A stretch of DNA of 62,988 nucleotides, filler included, from Hyphochytrium catenoides (lineage: Eukaryota > Protista > Hyphochytriomycota): NCBI GenBank assembly GCA_900088475.1. It is 6 parts of 6 records of this genome, joined end to end, with 100 filler letters (N's around TTAATTAATTAA, not from the genome) between each part and the next. Parts side by side here need not be neighbours in the genome. Positions count along the whole stretch, not along the records: positions 31,385 to 54,638 come from FLMG01000186.1; positions 54,739 to 57,634 come from FLMG01000053.1; positions 57,735 to 59,254 come from FLMG01003960.1; positions 59,355 to 61,446 come from FLMG01001984.1; 2 more parts are not named here. The stretch is one strand, 5' to 3'. The notes beneath the pieces were generated by a model that did not search any database, was not told the origin of the DNA, and saw only the letters and a list, made by a program, of their open reading frames with translations. Shown one piece after another: positions 49,790 through 60,772 of this stretch (its first letter is position 1; each line of letters begins with the position of its first letter). A program made the translations under genes and the position numbers.

Positions 49790-52079
49790 CTAGGAAAAGG
49801 AGGCTTGCTGCAAATAGAAAACGATGAAGAAGACGAAGGTTAGGCCCCCATTCCAAGCGAAGTAATAGAGGACATCGATCGCTCTGTACTCTAGCATAAG
49901 GACCTATACAGGGAACGATATACAGGGAACGATTAACATCAGCAGCAACGCCAACCGGGAAAGCACCAGGGAAGAAGAGAGCCAAAAGACAGGACAGAGA
50001 TGTTGATAGCGTCCCTTACAACGGAGATTCAATATACGGTCTAGGAGGAAAGGGAAAGGAGAGAGGAACTCAAGGAGTCCATGATGAGGAAAAACAGAGG
50101 ATCATTGCTCACCATGCAATCGCTGCTGAACGTGTTGAGACAGGAGAGAGAGCCACAGAAGGAAGACATAAACTTATATAAAAGAAGACTCCTTCCCGAG
50201 AAAGAAACGCGAGGTACAACGGCATAACCGGTACATAGACAGACGCAGGCCATTCCGTTGGCAACGAGGGTAGAGAGAGGAGCGAACGAGACCGAAGTGG
50301 AATGAGAGGGAGATGACGGCTCAGCTCTCTTCCATCCCCAGTTGTTATCAAGATATGAGAGAGAGGTCCTCAAGTGAAGAAACGGCAGAAGGACAGCCAT
50401 GGCTGCCATCACACAGCCCACGATTAGCTCTAACGAAGCATGAAGAAGAACGAATGGAGCAGCGTTCAGCTCATAGTACTCAGGTGCATTTGGCTCTCTG
50501 AAGAAGGTGTGAGAAAGAAGCCGTGGGTCAGAAACATAGAGTTGTCAAAACAGAGAACATCTAGCCTTTAAACGATATGCTGACAGATGGCACTAGCGTA
50601 TCAATAGAAGATTAGGAGGTATATATAGGCAGCCGTCCACTGTGGCCGGCTTCGAAGAGGGAGGTAGCCATCAATGGGGCTTAAGAAATGCTAATTGGAG
50701 AGAGAGAGTCCAGAAAACAGAGAAGCTGTGATTAAAACGGAAAGGAGATAACGGACCTGACGAAGCCTGGAAGGAGGATGGTTAGCATTATGGTCCCGCC
50801 AGTTACGGCTGTCAGCACCGAGAACAAAAAGGATGGTTCTATAATGCCCTTCCCGCCTTCTCCTGCCAGTCCAAGGTTCTCTATATCAGAACCGGGTGTG
50901 AAGCCACAGCAGAGAGTAACATGCGAGAGGAGAATGGAACAGAGAGGCCAAAGTGCCATTTAGAGAAAGGCCACGGTCAGCCACTATCCATCTGCAAAGG
51001 AGCTTTAAAATTAAAAGATTCTCCTCGACAGATGCATGCTCTTGTCACCTTATTCTCTCTCCCTCTCTTTCTCTCTCTCTCTCTCTCTCTTTCTTTCTCT
51101 CTCTGACTGTAACGACAGTGAAGCTATACAACCCGTCTCCAGGTCTGCCTCGGTTTTTGGTACGAACTCTCTTCCCTTACCTGACTGGACAAGTAGCTTC
51201 CGTTTGGTTGCCTTATAGCCTAAGCGGCAGAGGAAGACGCAGGAACAGAAGGAGCAAGTGACATAGAGCAAACCCAAGACTAAGGGGCCAGATTTTAACG
51301 CCAAGAAAGCTCCGTGATCTATGGTATGAACGTAACTAGTGTACACACTGCAGAGAGCGACGAAAACGTAGACGTCAGTGCAAGCGTTGTTTCCTAACAA
51401 GTCCGCAACGGACTCAAGGGGACGAGAGGAGACATTAACCACAGAAGGACGAGGAAGGGCTAGTGGTTTTCCAGGGGATAGAATGAAATGATGGGGTCAG
51501 GAAGACAGTGAAGAGAGCGTGTATATAAGAGAGAGAGAGAGAACAAGGAACGAGAAAGAGAGAACAAGAGTGAGAGAGAGAGAGAGGGCGTGAGAGAGTG
51601 AAGAGAAAGAGAGGAGAGAGGCCGTGCTAGCACAATTCAGAAAAGAAGCGTCGTCATAGGGGAAGAGCAGCAGATCCAGCGCAACCACCCTAGCCATAAA
51701 CTGCGGAAAAGCTGCCGACATACCTCAGAAAAGACTGTCTAAAGAAAGCAGAAACCCGTCTGTCATTCCTACTCTGTCCATAGCGCTCCACGGCCAAGCA
51801 GCAACCCTCAATGAGGGCTCCCAGTAGGTTCGCGAAAGTAGAAGTCAAGTCTACGCCGCTGCTAAGGGTCCATCGAGGAAGATAGCACGTTCTGAAGCAT
51901 TCTGCGGTTGCCGCGAGGAGCAGGAGCCAGGAAACGTCATTGTCTTGTTGAAGAGAGAGGAGGATCGAGGGCCGCTTGTTGTTCTTTGGAGAGCTGTCGT
52001 TCTTGTCCGGACTACTGGGCTCAGCCGGTATATTGGGAACGATGACGTCTTTGAGGACTGAAGGAGCTCTCTGAGCCAT
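49790..52079 (-). CDS. Divergent FEX/Fluc (CrcB)-like two-domain membrane protein
   Basis: Two CrcB-like halves: AECFRT...TFANLLGALIEG...ALCSVYTSY, and STLVANGMACV...KFMSSFCGSLSCLNTFSSDC|VLMLEY...YYFAWNGGLTFVFFIVFYL. Multiple hydrophobic segments; GT-AG introns. Confidence 0.65.
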
Positions 52080-53490
52080 GAGTTATGCCGGGGATAGTAC
52101 TTGCCGCAGGCGTGCCGCTTCTATCACCGCCTCCACATAGTTCTACCAGGCTCCTGATACGTTTGAGGGTCCTCCCTTGCACCTCTGCCCCTGTCCGGTC
52201 GCTCTTCCCTGCTATTTAGTTCGCCCTAAACGTCCCCGAGGACTTCTGACCTTCGACCCTTTGGCTGTGTCTAGCAAGGCCAGCTGGGCGCTGCGCGTGG
52301 CGCAATGAGTGCCATCTCTTCTTATTCCTCCTCCCAGATTATACTAAGTGCAAGGCTTGCTCCTTTCTGTTTACTACTTTGGAGTGTCTGCAGCTTCTAT
52401 CTGTGTGCTGCTCTGTCTGTCTTGCCGCTCCTGTCTGTCTACCATCTGGGTTCTTTGCGTCTTGCCACTCCGATGCGTCGGTTGTTCTGCTGCTCCTGTC
52501 CCTCTGCTGGATCTACCTGTGCGCGGCTTCTCTGTTGGCCGCGTACGTCTCTGGGCTGCGACTGTATCCCTGCTCTACCCGTCCTCTCCTTCCGTCCAGC
52601 TCTTCCGTCGAGACGCCGCTGCCTTGCTTCTCTCTCTATTGCTCCGTCCCTCCACCACTCTAGTCTCTGCCGCTCCGACGGGGATCTTTCTTCTTCTTTC
52701 TCCCTTCCTACGCTGTCTGGGCACTGTCCGGCGCCGGCCTCATTGTAGAAAAATCTGGATCATCTTCTTGAGATCTGCAGATCTGCATACTGAGATGCCA
52801 AAGCATATCTTGAAGTCTTGAAGCAGCATCATTAAGATTGCTACCAGATCAGTCCTCTAGTTACTGAGACATTGATTATTTAGATCAGGTTTGTAACACC
52901 TTCAGCAGATGCGTTCTGAGAGCCTCTGACGGGTAAGTGCCAGGCTGTCAAGGGAGGGAAGATGACTTCATCTCTCTCTCTCTCTCTCTCTCTCTCTNNN
53001 NNNNNNNNNNNNNNNNNNNNNNNNNNNNNNNNNNNNNNACTCTCTCTCTCTCTCTCTCTGTCTCCTCCTCCTTCCTTTCTTATAGACGCACGCGTTCTGT
53101 CTCTTGTCCAACTCTCTCTTGGTCTCTCCATCTTTCTCGCTGTCTTCTACTCTTTTTTCCGTCTCTCCTCTACTCATCGTTACGCCTTGCTGGCTCTCTG
53201 CGGTCCTTTGGTCATCTCCTTGCACAAGGGTAGGAGAGAGAGTGACAGCGTCGTCTTTTCGTGGTCTGCCTCGTCATCAAGCGTTCTTCTAAGAACGTTA
53301 GCTCCACTTGGCAATCCTCCATTCTTTCTCTCTCTTCTCTCTTCTCTCTCTCTCTGTCACACACTCAGTGTCTATCTCTCTCCCGCACTCAGTCTCTCTC
53401 TCTCATTCTCTCTCTCTCTCTCTTCTCTCCCAGTAACCTTTCTCTGGGTTCATCTCTTCGCGTCCTTTGTATAAAGCAAAAGGTGTGACG

Positions 53491-54249
53491 ATGGCTGGGA
53501 GACGCCGTTCATTGCGGAATCTGAAGAAGAAAGAGATCTCTGATGAAGAGACAGAGCTGAGACCCGCTGCCAATCTGACGAGCTCGACCAAGAGAAGGAG
53601 CCGCAGCGTCACGAGAAACAGAGGAGGAACCAAAGAGAGAGCTCGTAGCCAAGGAGAGAGACAGATGACGGGCCTCACGAGAAGAAAAAGCGGAGCATCT
53701 CTCTCCCGAGGGAGGAGCCCTTCAAGGAAGAAAGAGACCGAGCGGGAGAAAGAGAATGAGAAAGAAACAGAGAGAGTTCCCCGTGCTTCTTCCTCTTCTG
53801 CCCTTGCACGCAAGTCACCTAGAAGGCGTAGGTCTGAGGTGGATTCTCTCCTCTCTTCCTCTCTCTCCCCTGCCCCGTCCGAAGTGGTAGAAGAGGAAAG
53901 AGTCATCAGGAGAGGGAAGAGAGGAGAAGAAGAGGGAGACGTTCTTGTGATAGAAGAGAAAACGACGACACACACAAGGAGAGGACGCTACTCTCGGCTC
54001 ACGTACCACGAGGTTCCTCTCTGGCTGAGAGACAATGCCGCGATTCACAGTGGGTACAGAGTAGGAGGAAGTTTCTCTTCTCACTTTCTCTCTCTTTTTC
54101 GTCTGCACAATGAGACTATGAACGTCTGGACACATCTCTTTGGATTCTTTGCTATGGCGTATCTCTGTGTCATCCATCTCAACCATGAGACATACCAAGA
54201 AGGTAGGAGAGGTTGGGAAAGAGAGAGAGGAAGAGAGAGAGATGCACAC

Positions 54250-54282
<33 letters not shown>

Positions 54283-54638
54283 TGGATGATAGTGGAGGCG
54301 AGAGCAATGTAATATACCAAAGAAGATCAGAGAGAGAAGATGGCAGAAAGAAAAGAAAGTGTACCCCTTTCTCGCCTATCTTACTGCTCCTTCTCGTCCA
54401 CACATCACCTCTCTCTCTCTCTCCCAGTGTCTCTCTTCTTTCCCATGTGTTCTCGCGTCGTCCGTTCGCTCTCCTCAAACCATATGTCTCCGCCGCTTTC
54501 CCTAATGTTTCTCTCTTTCATCGTCCTCCTTCTCTCTCTCTCTCCTTCTCTCTTTCTCTCTCCGTAGTGCACGACGCTGGCGATATCGCCGTGTTCGTGG
54601 TGTTCTTCGTCTGTGCAATGTTGATGTTCTTCTTCAGC
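53491..54638 (+). CDS. PAQR / adiponectin-receptor-like (HlyIII) protein, 3' truncated
   Basis: VPLWLRDNAAIHSGYR...SLFRLHNETMNVWTHLFG, then intron 54203-54567 and DIAVFVVFFVCAMLMFFFS running into the contig end. Confidence 0.93.
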
Positions 54639-54940
54639 NNNNNNNNNNNNNNNNNNNNNNNNNNNNNNNNNNNNNNNNNNNNTTAATTAATTAANNNNNN
54701 NNNNNNNNNNNNNNNNNNNNNNNNNNNNNNNNNNNNNNGGGAAGAGAGCGAGACTGTTTGATGAGCGAGCGAAGATGGAGAGAAGGCGGGAGAGAAAGAG
54801 AGAGAGAGAGAGGTTGCTGAACCTACGAACAAAAGACAACGTTGAGAGAACTGCATAATCAACTGCGGAAGAGAGATAAGGGAAAAATTTGACCAGCGAA
54901 AGGCAGCAAGGTTGCCTTCACTTTGCTGTGGCTTTCCCAC

Positions 54941-57265
54941 CTGAGGAGGGAAGATGACTCCTAGAGAAGGAGGAAGTCCTCTCTTCTGCTTTTCTTCTTT
55001 CCCTAGCCAAAAGAAGCTCCTGCAGCCACTGTTGCCGCCATCGTCCCAACGTCACACATTGCACCTGAACATATCAAGAGCGAGCGACAAAGAGGAGCTT
55101 AACTAAGCAGCGCTCCAACTGTGAGCCATGCGGCGCGAGATAAGAGAGGGACCACCTCTAAAAGAGGAGGAGCAACTTAAGCGAAGAAAGAGGAAAGGGT
55201 GCAGAGGAGTGACAGACAGAGAGAGAGAGAGATGTATATAGAGAGTGAGAGAGAGAGAATGAGAGAGACAGGCGGACAGACAGAGAGAACAAGTGAAAGC
55301 AACAAGACCACTGTGAGACTGACTTTCGTAGCATCGACCAGCTTTCTATGAATCCCAGCGCACCGACTACAGAGGAAGACGCCAAAGGTAATCGAAGCCC
55401 AGACGCTCGACTGACAAAAATAGGGCAGCGAAGAGATCAGACAGCGAATGTAAGGACAGAGGCGATGGATTTTAAGATGAGAGAGAAAGCAACAGAAAGA
55501 GGAAAAGAGAGAGAGAGAGAGAGAGATGGAAGAGAAGAGAGAAATGTCCCCAAAGAAAGAACAGGTGGCTAAACGACTGTAAGCAGAAGGAACGAGTACG
55601 AATGAGATCGAAGTGATAGCCACAGACGGCAGGGAGCTGAGATGCTGAACGACAACACACATTTAGGGAGCGCGCACAGTCTTCGCAAGTTTGCACTTGC
55701 TCTCTCTGCCACATCTCCGCCATAGCCTCAGAAGAGATGTCATCCTCTCCCTTTCCTGCTCCTGCCAACTCCTCCGCTTGTGATGTTTGGCCCGTCACGC
55801 CACCACCGTGGGACATGTCGACGAGTGCAGGGTAGACTCTCTCTCTCAGCCTTTCCTGCTGCTCCATCAAGTGTAGAGAGGCGGCGCGAGAGCCGGTTGG
55901 TGGACCTTCTGAGAGGCATTTGCGGATGATCTCACTGATGCTGAACAGTAGGGAAACACCCAGCAAAAAGTGAGAGAAAAAAAAAAAAAAAGTCAGGACC
56001 AACAAGAGACACGGCAGAGAGAGCGCACTGAGTTCCATAGAGGAAGGTACGACGAGAAGGCAGGTAAGCAAGAAAGAGGGTTAGAATGATGGAGAGACAC
56101 GACTGAAGAAGACTGTCTTTGATAATGTTCTTTGAAAAAATGATCTGAAGGGCGGTGATGGGAAAGCTTGGTAAAGGCGAAACAAATAGTGATGCGGGGC
56201 TTGGGGAAAGAAAGAAAAAGAAAGGGGGAAGAAAAGATAGGTAGAGAGAGATATAGAGAAGAGAGGAACAAGACAGGTAGACACATAAGATTGTAGAGGG
56301 AGAGAGAGGGAGATGAAGAAGGGAAGCGAACCCTACCTAGTGAGCCCGTTGAACGTAATACTCAGTGAGTAGGACTCAGGTATGGGAGGAAAGAAAGGCG
56401 CGCCAGCCAGTTGAGGAAGCTGTTCGGCCCACCTGAAAATAAATCAGTCAGGTCTTGGTACTCTTTCTCCCTTGAGCCTCTATGTTTCTCTGGTCTTCTC
56501 TCTCTCTCTCTGTGTCCCCCTTCTCTCGCTATCTCCTTCGTCTCTATCTCCGTCTCTTTGCCTCTCTTCACTCTCAGTGGATTTTAACTCCAGAATGCTT
56601 CCACAGCAGTCTCAGCCTTCTTCTTTCTTCTCCTTTCTCTTGACATGTGTCTTTAATCAGGTCGCACATCTTCTCTCTCTTTCCCCGTCTATGTCTTGCT
56701 TCGTCTTTCTTCTCTCTCCTACTCCCACTTTCTATCTATCTAGATTTCCTTTCTCTCGATGCCGGTTCCCCTCACGCTCCCTTTGACTCGATCTACCTAC
56801 CTCATGAACTCCTTGAGCCTATCATATTCATGGCCAAAGCGCTCCTTCAGCTTCTCTTTGCTTGAGACTGTCAAGTTCGTCTGCAGGAGCCTTCGGAGGG
56901 CGTCCGCGATACAGAGGAGAAGCCATTGGCTTTCAAATAGTAGAGGTAGGAGGAGGGAAAGGCTGTAACCCTGGTCCTCTCCTCCTGCAGAGCGCGAGAG
57001 CGAGGGTAAACGCTGTGCGAGACTGTTCAGACCATCTAAGGCATGGAGGAGCTTCTCTGCACGTTTCTTGTCGTCGAAAGGTTGCAGGAGCTGTCCTCCT
57101 GGCAGCTGCTCATAGTGAGCTGTGTACTGGGGATACTGAGACGGGGAAGAACAAGCTTGTTAGACATATCCTTCTCCGCAGTAAAGCTAACTGCCGTTGC
57201 TTCCTCAATTCGATCGATCAATAGTTCCACCCTCGTTAACCTCTACTTGGCACCTCTCTCCCTCT

Positions 57266-57307
<42 letters not shown>

Positions 57308-57634
57308 TTCTCTCTCTTTTCTCTCTCTTTGTCGTGCTCCCTTCTCCGCTGTTTGTCGCCCTTCCTTCGTTGTCCTGCACTTATTCTTTGGATTTCTACG
57401 TATCCCGCGTCCTGGGCGCTTGCCTCCTACGCTCGATGCTCGTTTTCCTCTTATCTCTCTACTCTTCCCTTATCCTCTTAGTAGAAGTCTCAGCTTACCT
57501 GGGCCATGAATTCAAGCTTCAGTGTGAGAAAGTGAGCTAGCTTTGACACGAGTAGGAGAGAGGAACTCTTCCCCTGTGGCCCGACAGCTTGATCTCCATG
57601 TGAGCCAGAGAAAGCGAAGAGGAGCTCCTTACTC
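54941..57634 (-). CDS. ArfGAP zinc-finger protein with upstream ANTH (Sla2/HIP1-like) helical region; both ends truncated
   Basis: ArfGAP: TCEDCARSLN|SSVWASITFGVFLCSRCAGIHRKL...VQCVTLGRW. Upstream in-phase exons: LVSKLAHFLTLKLEFMAQ|Y...LLLPLLFESQWLL...EKLKERFGHEYDRLKEFMR|WAEQLPQL...PPIPE. Confidence 0.8.
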
Positions 57635-58598
57635 NNNNNNNNNNNNNNNNNNNNNNNNNNNNNNNNNNNNNNNNNNNNTTAATTAATTAANNNNNNNNNN
57701 NNNNNNNNNNNNNNNNNNNNNNNNNNNNNNNNNNCTGCTCCTCTGCACTTCTTCGCCCTCACAGATGCTAGTGCCATCTCCGGAGGAGGAGGGACGGGAT
57801 GACGGGGGATATTCTTGTATCTGAGGTTGGTGAATAAAAACGTCGTCGTTTTCCTCTTCTTCTTCCTTACTACGAGTAGTCATAGCTATAGTACTTCCAC
57901 CACCCCCACCGCTACTACTATCGAAGAAGGAAAGGTTCAGTAGCCGAGAGTGTAAGCTTGACGACTCCGCTTCAGATGTCTCCACAACGCCTGTAACGTG
58001 GGCTGGAATCCGTCGTAAGCCTTATCTTTGTCTTGAACGGGGAAGGATGAAAAGATGATGGTGGCTTGGCATTTCATCCTCTTGCTCCTTTCGACCTCTT
58101 CAAGGGCAATCTGCCGCTTAGACTTCCGCGGCATGATGATGATGATAGTGGCGTACAACAGCAACTGTGAATGAAGAAGCTGTTAGTATTATCGTACCAG
58201 CCTTGCTTATTGCCTTTTTTAAGCACTTCAAAACTGAAAGCTGCAAGAAGTCTGACTGTCTTCGATGCAGCGCGGAGAGAGGAGGACGATCATTCATCGA
58301 TCAATAAATAGAAGAATCGACGATGAAAATGAAGAAGGAGATGATGATTGATGAGGACGTGACAATAATGATGGCGGGAGAGACTGAACATCCTGCGAGA
58401 CGGTCGAGTGAGGGCTTGCATTTTGAATAGAATAACCTTTATTATGGATATTAGTTCCTTTATCAGTAATGTATGGGCTGCCGAACATAGGATTGGGGAA
58501 AAATATCGTTGACCATGAATAGGATTGGGGAAAATTAAAAAGACTCTAGCTGAAAAGAAGATTCAATCTTATTTTCGGAGGAAGACGGTACTCGTACG

Positions 58599-59253
58599 CA
58601 GGGATGAGAGTGACCGGTCGCAGTCAATTGACCTGGTCAATTGACCGGTCAATTGACCGGGTCACTTATCCAATGTGACCGCAAAGTGACCCTTAATATT
58701 AACTATAGCCTAAAAGTCAATGCGACCTTAAGTGACCGCTAATATTATGTATGGGAGAAAGGGTGTTTTCTGGCCCTTCTCCCCGCCACCACCACCTCCC
58801 TTTCTTTCATCGTTCACTCCTACTCGAAGGAAACAAAAGGCCGTCCTTCCGCTGCCAGTAGGTAGTATTGGTTCATGCTTGATGATACTGCAGCCAGCTT
58901 GTTGTCTTCCCTTAGAGACTTCGTCACTTCGCGGATTCCGAGCCAAGCTGCGAGAAAAAAGAGTTGCGAGGAAAGAAGAAGAGCGGTGAGCTGCCATAAG
59001 ACTATTTTTTACCGCAAATGGTGATAACCCTGATCCTGAGATGGAGATTGCTGCGGCAGAATGGTGGCTTCTTCTTCCACAGTTCATCAGCCGCAAGTTT
59101 GTAGAGCTGAGACAGGTGACAATAATAGGCAATTCACAGGCCTCTTAATGAATGACTCTCTTCTAACTTCGCTCTGTCTTTTTCTGTCGCTAGATCGCAA
59201 CGAAGATTCTGTCAATCCCTTCGTCTGCAGCTTCAGCAGAGCGATGCTGGAGC
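58599..59253 (+). mobile_element. Left end of a defective hAT-superfamily DNA transposon (truncated by contig end)
   Basis: Begins CAGGGATGAGA (10/11 identity to the maize Ac TIR CAGGGATGAAA), followed by clustered GTGACC/GGTCAATTGACC subterminal repeats and a hAT dimerisation-domain remnant. Confidence 0.75.
58860..59253 (+). pseudogene. hAT transposase C-terminal dimerisation-domain fragment with in-frame TGA and an intron
   Basis: ...KEEER*AAIRLFF...AAEWWLLLPQFISRKFVELRQ|gtgaca...ctaac...cgctag|IATKILSIPSSAASAERCWS matches the hAT motif WW...LxxxAxxxLSIPxSxAxxERxxS. Stop at 58987-58989. Confidence 0.8.
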
Positions 59254-59354
59254 ANNNNNNNNNNNNNNNNNNNNNNNNNNNNNNNNNNNNNNNNNNNNTT
59301 AATTAATTAANNNNNNNNNNNNNNNNNNNNNNNNNNNNNNNNNNNNNNNNNNNN

Positions 59355-59635
59355 AAGGATGTGGCGAAGAGGAAGAAAGATGGAGGGGAAGAAGAGAGAC
59401 TCTCTCTCTCTTTCTCTTCTTCTTCTCCGTTTCCCTTTTCTCTCTCTTCTCCTTTTGTCTCTCCCTTGTTCGGGCCGGTGAGAGAGAGAACAAGGCCGCG
59501 AGAGAAAGAGAAATTGCCATCTCCCAGCGTGAGAATCCGCTTCACATTGTTATCATCGAAGAAAGAAAGATCTGGGAGTTTCTCTCTCTCTCCTCCTCCG
59601 CACTCGCTTTCTTTCTCTTCCACTTCCTCTTCCAT
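59355..59635 (-). CDS. DUF2431 / BMT5-like rRNA uridine-N3 methyltransferase fragment
   Basis: KRILTLGDGNFSFSRGLV...FLFATS is the characteristic N-terminal motif pair. It runs into the contig end, and upstream exons in 59640-61400 are unresolved. Confidence 0.75.
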
Positions 59636-59903
59636 TTTCTCCCCTTCCTTTATTAGCCTTCACTTTCTTCTTGGATCGCCAGATGTTGGATGTCAGAGCC
59701 CCCTCTTCTTTCTCTCTCTCTGTCTCTCCCTCTTTCTCTCTTTCTCTCTCTCCCTTCTCTCTCCACTCTGATGCGACGTGGTCGAGATGGGTGCTGCCCA
59801 GCAGTACGAAACCTTTAGCTTGCTCCTCCTGCCCCCCTCTCTCTACTCTAAAACCTCCCTTCTCGCTCTCCCTTTCGCACTCTCGTCTCTTGTCACCCTT
59901 CAC

Positions 59904-59964
<61 letters not shown>

Positions 59965-60301
59965 GCCCCTCCTCCTGGGGGAGAACAGCAGGAGGTGAGG
60001 TGATCAAAATTCTGAAGTCTCTACCCAGAGATTGTCGTCATTTCCCGAAGAGCCACGAACAACTCTCTAGTGAAAAGTGCTAGCAGAGATCTGTTGCCCC
60101 TATATCCAGCACCTAAGCGACTATTTAGAGCAGGACTGCCTCTTCTCTTTCTCATTTCCAGGTAAAAATTTTACTGTCTTTCTTCCTCTCTCTCTGTCTC
60201 ACCCAGTCTATGTCTCTCTCTCTGTTTCTGTGTCTCTGTCTCTCTCTGTCACTGTCATTCTCTTCCCATCTCTCTTCTCACGCTTTGCTCTCTCTTCTCT
60301 G

Positions 60302-60357
<56 letters not shown>

Positions 60358-60733
60358 CCTGACCTCACAGCCACTCATCTTCGTTGCCTACTATGAATGT
60401 GTGGTCTGTGCCAGCTCAAGCTGTGCTCTCTCGTTCCTCAACTCTTCTCAGTCTTCCAGTTTCTCTCCCGCGCCCAACACCCGACAAGCACCCGTCGTCC
60501 TGGCGATAGCGCTCATCTCGACTTTTGTCTCTCCCTCTCTCTCTTTCTTTCTCTCTCTCTCTCTCTCCCGACTCCCTCTATCATCTTGAAGAAAAGGTTC
60601 AGCTGTGTGTTTACTGACGGACAAGCTCTGCAGGCGAACTTTATATATCTCTCTCCTGGCGTCACGTCTCTCTCTTTCTCTGCTTCTCGTGGCGTGAACA
60701 CGAGAGACTGCCTCACCTGTGAATCTTGTCCAT

Positions 60734-60772
<39 letters not shown>

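Noticed and set aside
35577-57634. PX-OTU, PAQR and ANTH-ArfGAP as a membrane-trafficking gene cluster
   Set aside because: ANTH-ArfGAP is on a different contig, and the others are separated by unrelated housekeeping genes.
58987-58989. In-frame TGA plus absence of TGA among the roughly 12 gene stops I could place, suggesting codon reassignment or selenocysteine
   Set aside because: Conserved Trp positions use TGG and no in-frame TGA appears in confident exons. This one lies in a transposon relic, and the sample is small.
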